Origin: an uncultured Acidobacteriota bacterium
GTDB lineage: Bacteria > Acidobacteriota > Thermoanaerobaculia > Multivoradales > JAHEKO01
Assembly: GCA_963713825.1 (NCBI GenBank)
Contig: CAVQNG010000004.1
Span: 193,444-257,443, forward strand
Direction of reading: 5' to 3'
DNA length: 64,000 bases
Under the pieces are notes generated by a model, which saw only the letters and a program-made list of their open reading frames with translations, made no database searches and was not told the origin of the DNA. Below, piece by piece: positions 58,442 to 64,000 of this stretch; the first letter of the stretch is position 1, and every line of letters begins with the position of its first letter. A program made the position numbers and the translations under genes.

Positions 58442-59527
58442 TCACCGCAAGCCCTGCTGGCCGGTCAGAGCCTCCTCCACCTCGTCCAAATCGACAATCA
58501 CAGTTCCGTCGGTCGCGAAACGCTGGGGTTCGAACTCGTAGCTCCGCATCACCCGGCGGAAGACCTCTTTGAGGGCCCGTGCCCCCAGTCTGGGTTGCCG
58601 CGTCGCTTCGGCCGCAATGCGTCGCGCCGCTGCCGGCGACATCGCCAGCTCCAAACCCATGGCCTCGAAGTAGGCCCTCGCCTGATGCAACCCGGAGTCC
58701 TCGCCCTCCAGGAAGATCTTCAACAGCTCGTCCTCCCCGAGATCATTGAGCAGGACCAGCGCATCGAAGCGCGACAGAAACTGGGGGGTGAGGCCGTAGT
58801 CGAAGAGATCTTCGTACCGCAGCCAGTCACGGAGCGCGAAGTTGAGCTCCTCGTGCACTTTGCCCTCACCCATGACACTGACCGATTGCAGCGACCCGCG
58901 ATCGGCGCCAATCGTCACTCGATCGTAGACGCTGTCGTAGAGCCCCTCGAAGGCACCCGCGGCCACGAACAACAGGCCGCTCGCATCGAGAGTCACCGTC
59001 TTGCCACCAGCCCATGCGGGCAGGGTAAACGGCACGGCCTCGTTCTCGATCAGCGTCAGGAGCGCTTCCTGGGCCCGAATTCCGGGCACGTTCGGCTGGC
59101 CACCGACGACCGAGCGAATCTTGTCGATCTCGTCGACGAACACGACGGCCTGCGACGCCCGGGCGAGGACAGCTTCCATCGGCGCATCATCCCCGAGCTG
59201 TTCCCGAGCCCTGTCGAGGATCCGGGTCAGCAGCACCTCACCCGCCCGCCCCTCCACCGTCTGCTCGGCCAACACGTTGGCGTGAACCCGGACTAGCGTC
59301 GAGTGCTTGGCCAGCGCCGGATCCGCCGCCAGGAAGAGCTCGACCGCCCGCATCAGGCTGGTCTTGCCGGTACCGGAGGAGCCGATCATCAAGATGTTGC
59401 CGGTCACCAAACCAGCTAGTCGCTTGGCAACGGCAATGGAGACTTCACGGACAGCGTCCTCCTGGCCGAGAACTCGCTGGCTCAGCGCCTCTGAAATCTC
59501 CGTCGGCTGCGGTGTCGAACTGGGCAT
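58442..59527 (-). CDS. ClpX/HslU-like AAA+ ATPase without a zinc-binding domain
   Basis: Colinear with the ClpX ATPase module: VLGQEDAVREVSIAV, Walker A GSSGTGKTS, Walker B VVFVDEIDKI, EALLTLIEN, LLFVAAGAF, PQFLSRFD and GARALKEV. The GYVG pore-loop position reads VEGRAG. Confidence 0.75.
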   Translation of the reverse strand: MPSSTPQPTEISEALSQRVLGQEDAVREVSIAVAKRLAGLVTGNILMIGSSGTGKTSLMRAVELFLAADPALAKHSTLVRVHANVLAEQTVEGRAGEVLLTRILDRAREQLGDDAPMEAVLARASQAVVFVDEIDKIRSVVGGQPNVPGIRAQEALLTLIENEAVPFTLPAWAGGKTVTLDASGLLFVAAGAFEGLYDSVYDRVTIGADRGSLQSVSVMGEGKVHEELNFALRDWLRYEDLFDYGLTPQFLSRFDALVLLNDLGEDELLKIFLEGEDSGLHQARAYFEAMGLELAMSPAAARRIAAEATRQPRLGARALKEVFRRVMRSYEFEPQRFATDGTVIVDLDEVEEALTGQQGLR

Positions 59528-59662
59528 TGGCCTATTGTAGTCCGCGCCAGCCCTGGATCGACATTGATTCGATCACACCACAGAATCGGGTCCCTGGCGC
59601 CAGGCCAACTGTGAAGTTCGCTCTTGAATCAGCCTGGGTCGGTGCAATACATTCGTTTCGAT

Positions 59663-60685
59663 ATGCAAACTCACGCATGGCAGTCTCCCGGTTGTGCCCG
59701 GTTCGACAGCGTGCAGTTGCTAGCCGTCGCCTTGATGATTCTGCTGTTACCAATCTCGACGATGGCGGCTGACAAACACCTCGAGCAGTTGGCGCAGGCC
59801 CAGGAGCTGGTCGATGCCGGCGATGCCGACGAAGCCATCAAGCTCCTCAACAAAACAGTCAAGGCGAAGCCTCCCCTGGCCGAGGCCTTCCTGCTGCGGA
59901 GCACCGCGAATTTCATGGTGGGAGATCTGCAAACCGGTCGTAGTGACCTCGAGAAAGCTCTCGAGATCGATCCGACGATACGCCAGGCGTGGCTCAATCG
60001 CGCCGCCCTCGATCTGTCAGAAAGCGACTACGACGCTGCTCTGGAGGCCCTGACCCGGGCGAGAGATCTCGAGCCGACGGCTCTCGACAACGATCTGAAT
60101 CTGGGGGTCGTCCTGGTTTTGAAAGGCGACGTCGAACCTGCCAGCCAGCACTTTGCGACGCATATTCAACGCAGTGGTGGCACCGCCGAGGCCTACTACG
60201 TGGTCGCCAGCAACTACGGCATGGCTGGGCTCGCAGGACCGGCCATCGAGCACCTCAAGCAGGCGATCCAAATCGACGAGAGGGTTCGCCTGCAGGCTCG
60301 CACCGACCCCAACTTCCAGGATCTGGAGTCGAATCAACGCTTCCAAGACCTGCTGCTGACCGACTCCTTCCGTCCGGAGCCAGGCTCCTACACGGCCGCC
60401 CAGCATTTCGACACGCCGTTCGGCGGTGCCGACGGTCCGCTCGTGAGCGCCACCCTCGACGCGCTGCAATTCTCGGGTCAGCCCTTCGACCCTCGGGTCG
60501 AAGTGACTCCCGACTGGGCCCTGATCTGGAGCGAGTACCGCATCAAGATCACCAGCGGCGCCGATGGCCGAGGCGAGGTTCAGCTCACTGCTCCACCGAA
60601 TAGCTTCACTCCTGCCGAGTGGAAGCGCCGCAGCGAGGATCTGTTCCGCCAGATTACGGTCCGCCTGCTTTCGCGTCAGCGATAG
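59663..60685 (+). CDS. Secreted TPR-repeat protein
   Basis: Signal-like segment LLAVALMILLLPISTMAADK, several TPR units, and a non-TPR C-terminal domain of about 110 aa. An alternative TTG start lies at 59624. Confidence 0.7.
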   Translation: MQTHAWQSPGCARFDSVQLLAVALMILLLPISTMAADKHLEQLAQAQELVDAGDADEAIKLLNKTVKAKPPLAEAFLLRSTANFMVGDLQTGRSDLEKALEIDPTIRQAWLNRAALDLSESDYDAALEALTRARDLEPTALDNDLNLGVVLVLKGDVEPASQHFATHIQRSGGTAEAYYVVASNYGMAGLAGPAIEHLKQAIQIDERVRLQARTDPNFQDLESNQRFQDLLLTDSFRPEPGSYTAAQHFDTPFGGADGPLVSATLDALQFSGQPFDPRVEVTPDWALIWSEYRIKITSGADGRGEVQLTAPPNSFTPAEWKRRSEDLFRQITVRLLSRQR

Positions 60686-60940
60686 CCCGGCCAACCGCAA
60701 TCGACTTGAGATTCATCCGGGTGGTCCTCTGGTGTTCGGCCGAAAGACATCTGGCCGTTGCGGAAGGGTCCGACGCGGGGCCCCCAGGGGGCTATCCTCC
60801 CTTCCACAGCAACCAACCCCCTGGAGGTCCCCACGCCGAACCCTCACCCGCTGGAGACACCTCGCACGCGACCTTGCACACCTGAGACGACAGGAATCTC
60901 CCCCTACGCCCCTACAGCCCTAACTCCTTATGGCCCTGCC

Positions 60941-61159
60941 GGTGCCCGAGGTTCGTTCGGGTGGTTCGACAGGGGGTGCCGAGTCGAGCGCAGCGCAAGG
61001 GCCACGAACGAGCACAACCGATGAGGCGCGATGACGAGACAAGGTGGCGGCCCACCTGGATGTAGGGGAGGGGCTTGCCCCCTCCCGCGGGAGCCCGCAA
61101 GGGGCTCCCCTACAATGCCGACGCCGTCCCCCGGCGAACCACCCGGACGGACCTCTTCG
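60941..61159 (+). repeat. Long-hairpin GC-rich repeat, copy 2 (with a different nested insert)
   Basis: Same arms (ttcgggtggttcgacaggggg / cccccggcgaaccacccggacgg) and same core (gagcgcagcgcaagg, gatgaggcgcgatgacgagac) as 21456-21633. The inner GGCGGCGG hairpin is replaced by two tandem GGGAG hairpins at 61061-61114. Confidence 0.75.
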
Positions 61160-61334
61160 AGAAAATGATCTTCCGCTTAGGACGGAATCTGGGAGCCAAG
61201 GTGCAGTTATGGGATCGGCCTGCCTCGGATCCAGAAAGCTCCTTCTATAATCGGGTGGAATCGGTTCCTGGTAGAAGAGCTCAGTCGATACTCGAACCGC
61301 GGTTTCATACCATTTCACAAAGACGGGAGATTTC

Positions 61335-61688
61335 ATGCTATCTGCAGACTATCGGGGCAAGATCCTCGTGCTGAAACTGATGGGTGAGTTGAAGAAGGAA
61401 CATATCGCCGAGGCTGACGAGCTCATCGACGACAAGCTCGACGAGAGGGAGAGCCCGCCGATCCTGCTCGACCTGCGCCGCTACGAAGGGGCCGAGGATT
61501 TGAGCACAGCCTGGCAGGAGCTCAAGCTGCTCACAACGCACGGCGACAGAGTCGAGAAGATCGCCGTCGTCGGTTCCCTCGACTGGCAGAAGCTCGCAAC
61601 CTTCCTGGTGAGTCCCTTCACGAAGGCAACCGAGCGCTTCTACGAGCCCGGCGAAATTCAAGACGCGCTCGATTGGCTGAGAGAGTAG
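61335..61688 (+). CDS. STAS/SpoIIAA-like (DUF3478-type) domain protein
   Basis: 117 aa with the pattern ...ILLDLRRYEGAEDLSTAWQELKLLTTHGDRVEKIAVVG...WQKL. SD GGGAG. Confidence 0.65.
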   Translation: MLSADYRGKILVLKLMGELKKEHIAEADELIDDKLDERESPPILLDLRRYEGAEDLSTAWQELKLLTTHGDRVEKIAVVGSLDWQKLATFLVSPFTKATERFYEPGEIQDALDWLRE

Positions 61689-61721
61689 AAGATCACGGCC
61701 CGTAGTTCTGAACCCGATCTC

Positions 61722-61747
61722 GGGAGGGCGCAAGGCCCTCCCCTACA
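61722..61747 (+). repeat. GGGAGGGC-GCAA-GGCCCTCCC-CTACA hairpin repeat unit
   Basis: 8-bp stem with a GNRA (GCAA) loop followed by CTACA. A paralogous unit at 61089-61114 has a compensatory GG/CC swap in both arms. Confidence 0.7.
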
Positions 61748-61789
61748 TCTCTCACTGCATGAGAACGGCCGGCAGGGGCGCCGGCCGCT

Positions 61790-61855
61790 TCAAGCCCCAA
61801 GCCCTCAAAGGCCGACCGGAGGTACGACGGACGGTTCAAACCCCAAGCCCAAGGG
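61790..61855 (+). repeat. Second pair of the 21-nt TCAARCCCCAAGCCC repeat, 46 nt apart
   Basis: 61790-61810 and 61836-61855, preceded by the GC hairpin ggccggc-aggg-gcgccggcc. The arrangement matches 21801-21868. Confidence 0.7.
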
Positions 61856-61870
61856 GCTAGCCGGTCACGG

Positions 61871-62944
61871 CTAGACCCGCATCAACACCGAGCCCCAGTG
61901 GAGGCCAGCACCGAGGGCGGTGAAGGCGACCAGGGAGCCTTCGGGGGCCTTGCCAGCTTCGCGGGCCTCGTGGAAGCAGAGGGGAAGCGTGGCTGAGGTC
62001 GTGTTGCCGTACTTCTGAATGTTGTTATGGACTTTCTCGTCGGGCAGCTTCATGGCGCGCTGAGCCGCCTCGTTGATGCGCAGATTCGCCTGGTGCATGA
62101 TCAGTAGGTCCAGGTCTTCGAGCGTCAGTCCATTCTTCTCGAGGACCTCCATGGTGACTCTCGGCATCCGCGTCACCGCCAGCTTGAAGACCTGACGCCC
62201 ATCCATCACGGGCACGGTCTCCCCGGAAAGCACTTGTTTCACATCCACCCACGGCCGCCTACCCGACCCGGCTCCCGGAACGTACAGAATGTCTTTCTTT
62301 CTACCGTCTCCGTAGAGGACCGACCCGAGAATTCCCCGGCCGTCGTCCTCTTCGTGGGCGCGAAAGACCATGGCGCCAGCGGCGTCTCCGAAGAGCACCA
62401 CGAGATGACGGAAGCGCGAGTTCCACTCGAGGATCTCCGGCGACAAAGGACCTTCCTCGCGACCGTACAAAACCTCCCAACTCTCTGGCCCGACTGGCAT
62501 CAGAGAAGTGTGCACATCGCAGCCCACAAGTAAGACCGTTCGGGCGATGCCGCTGCGGATCAGGGCATCGACGGTCTGCAGACCATAGGCGTAGCCGGCG
62601 CACTGTTGGCGGATGTCGAGGGCCGGGAGCTTGCCGAGTCCGAGTCGCTCCTGGATCAGGGTACCGGCGCCTGGAAAGTAATGATCGGGCGTCATCGTCG
62701 CACAGACGATGTAGTCGATCTCCTCGGCATCGATCCCTGAATCTGCTATAGCAGCTTGTGCCGCCGCAGCCCCGAGGTCCGACGAGCTCACACCGGGCTC
62801 GACGTAGTAGCGGGTCTCGATACCACTACGCTCCCGGATCCACTCGTCTGTGGTGTCCATGATGCGGGCCAGCATCGAATTGTCCACCCGGATGGACGGA
62901 ACCTCTGTGCCGCATCCCAGCATTAGGGCTCGTGGCTGATTCAT
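61871..62944 (-). CDS. fabH: 3-oxoacyl-ACP synthase III (KAS III, FabH family)
   Basis: Active-site Cys context QQCAGYAYGL, HQANLRI, and GNTTSATLPL...GAGLHWG. Confidence 0.88.
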   Translation of the reverse strand: MNQPRALMLGCGTEVPSIRVDNSMLARIMDTTDEWIRERSGIETRYYVEPGVSSSDLGAAAAQAAIADSGIDAEEIDYIVCATMTPDHYFPGAGTLIQERLGLGKLPALDIRQQCAGYAYGLQTVDALIRSGIARTVLLVGCDVHTSLMPVGPESWEVLYGREEGPLSPEILEWNSRFRHLVVLFGDAAGAMVFRAHEEDDGRGILGSVLYGDGRKKDILYVPGAGSGRRPWVDVKQVLSGETVPVMDGRQVFKLAVTRMPRVTMEVLEKNGLTLEDLDLLIMHQANLRINEAAQRAMKLPDEKVHNNIQKYGNTTSATLPLCFHEAREAGKAPEGSLVAFTALGAGLHWGSVLMRV

Positions 62945-62989
62945 CGCTGGCTCCTTTCTCCCCCGATCAGGCTACTAGGACACAACCTA

Positions 62990-63607
62990 TCAGTCGAAAC
63001 CGCCGGGGGGGATCTGCGTCGGTCCCCTTCGGCGAATCGCGCCACGGTACTCGACAGTCAGGTCACCTTGCTTGATGAACAGGTAGAAATTCTTGGGACG
63101 CTTGTCGTCGAGGCCAGCTTCGGCGCTCCCGGAATAGGTCCAGAGCTCCACATTCTGACTCCTGACCTGGGCTGACTGCTCGAATCGGGTATCGTCAGGG
63201 GGGCCGTAAAGCACATAGGTCGTACCGCGATCCGTTTGCCGGCCAAGATGGGTCCCTTCGTCGTACAGCCGATCCGCCTCGGCCGAGCGCTCCTCGAAGA
63301 GTTGCCGCTTGCCCTTCTTCGGCCACACCGTGTCAGGCCCTCGCTGGGCCCAGAACTCGTCGATGAATCGAGAGGCTGCCTCGTCGTTGGTCAGGGCCAG
63401 GTAGGCGGCGATCTCCTCCTGGGTCGCGATCCTGGAGATCGCCCCGACCAACCACTGGGAATGCTCGGGCGACAGCAGGAAGTTGGTGACATCCTCCGGC
63501 CCCGGCGCCTTGCGCTTCTTCTTGGCGCTCGCCTCCGGTGCCGAGACAGCCCACAGGACCACCAGGCACAGGCTAAGAGCGACGTAGGAGATCGAGGAAT
63601 TCTTCAC
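62990..63607 (-). CDS. GWxTD-domain-like secreted protein
   Basis: Signal peptide. [17 protein letters not shown] matches the GWxTDRG..Y...GPPD core with W replaced by R. ELWTY follows. Confidence 0.6.
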   Translation of the reverse strand: MKNSSISYVALSLCLVVLWAVSAPEASAKKKRKAPGPEDVTNFLLSPEHSQWLVGAISRIATQEEIAAYLALTNDEAASRFIDEFWAQRGPDTVWPKKGKRQLFEERSAEADRLYDEGTHLGRQTDRGTTYVLYGPPDDTRFEQSAQVRSQNVELWTYSGSAEAGLDDKRPKNFYLFIKQGDLTVEYRGAIRRRGPTQIPPGGFD

Positions 63608-64000
63608 GGACGGGTCGTTGATGAAATGCGCCTCGAATGGCCGAGGTCACGGTCAGGGCACCGGGCTTCTTGACGCCACGCATCTCGACACACAGGTGTC
63701 GAGCTTCGATGACCACCATGGCGCCCAGGGGGTGGAGTTTCTCCTCCAGAAACCCCACAACCTGCTCTGTCAATCGCTCCTGCAATTGAGGGCGCTTGGC
63801 GTAGAACTCCAGAATGCGGGCGAACTTCGACAAACCGATGATGCGATCGGCTGGAATGTAGGCGATGTGGGCCTTCCCATAGAACGGCACCAGGTGGTGC
63901 GAACACATCGAATAGAACGGGATGTCCCGCTCCATGACCATGTGGGAGTACTCCTCCTCATTGGGAAAGGTCGTCACCGCGGGCTCGGCCCCTTCCTTGA
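63573..64000 (-). CDS. folE: GTP cyclohydrolase I (N-terminus outside the window)
   Basis: [24 protein letters not shown] and QVQERLT-like [10 protein letters not shown] motifs. The frame is open to the window edge. Confidence 0.92.
   Translation of the reverse strand, partial: KEGAEPAVTTFPNEEEYSHMVMERDIPFYSMCSHHLVPFYGKAHIAYIPADRIIGLSKFARILEFYAKRPQLQERLTEQVVGFLEEKLHPLGAMVVIEARHLCVEMRGVKKPGALTVTSAIRGAFHQRPVREEFLDLLRRS

Overview
High-G+C, gene-dense bacterial chromosomal segment with about 60 protein-coding genes. I recognised no rRNA, tRNA, CRISPR array, transposase or integrase. The organism is diderm-type, shown by MlaEFD, an LpxH-like gene and an OMP beta-barrel. The gene content (MglA-like GTPase, PilT, GWxTD protein, MMPL transporter, sigma-54 activator) suggests an Acidobacteriota-like lineage; this is inference only.

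Most of the window is housekeeping:
- A long minus-strand run: ffh-rpsP-KH-rimM-trmD-rplS-rnhB-TPR-hyp-rarA.
- pyk, an MMPL transporter, pgsA, an SLT transglycosylase and alaS.
- recX and pilT, followed by a Bacillus-like hrcA-grpE-dnaK-dnaJ-prmA-rsmE block.
- nrdR-lon-thiL, aroA, lpxH, mrp and plsC.
- mlaEFD followed by a UDP-glucuronate / UDP-xylose sugar-nucleotide block.
- fabH and folE.

Items worth a second look:
1. A family of GC-rich structured intergenic repeats. It includes a 180-220 nt long-hairpin element present twice plus one partial inverted copy, GNRA-loop hairpins showing compensatory changes, a 21-nt TCAAACCCCAAGCCC repeat, and GTAGGGG heptamer arrays. They are concentrated at 20.5-21.9 kb and 60.7-61.9 kb.
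2. A visibly lower-GC accessory segment at about 49.6-59.5 kb. It carries a large sulfatase, three unknown secreted proteins, an OMP barrel, a divergent AraC regulator, a gene broken by two frameshifts, a CAT-family acetyltransferase and a ClpX-like AAA+ ATPase lacking the zinc finger and pore loop.
3. An MglA-type GTPase fused to a 165-aa Pro/Ala-rich linker plus an unknown C-terminal domain, with no mglB nearby.
4. Two genes (pgsA, recX) whose conserved N-termini lie upstream of any canonical start codon.

All homology calls come from reading the translated ORFs by eye. No searches or computations were run, and GC statements are visual estimates.
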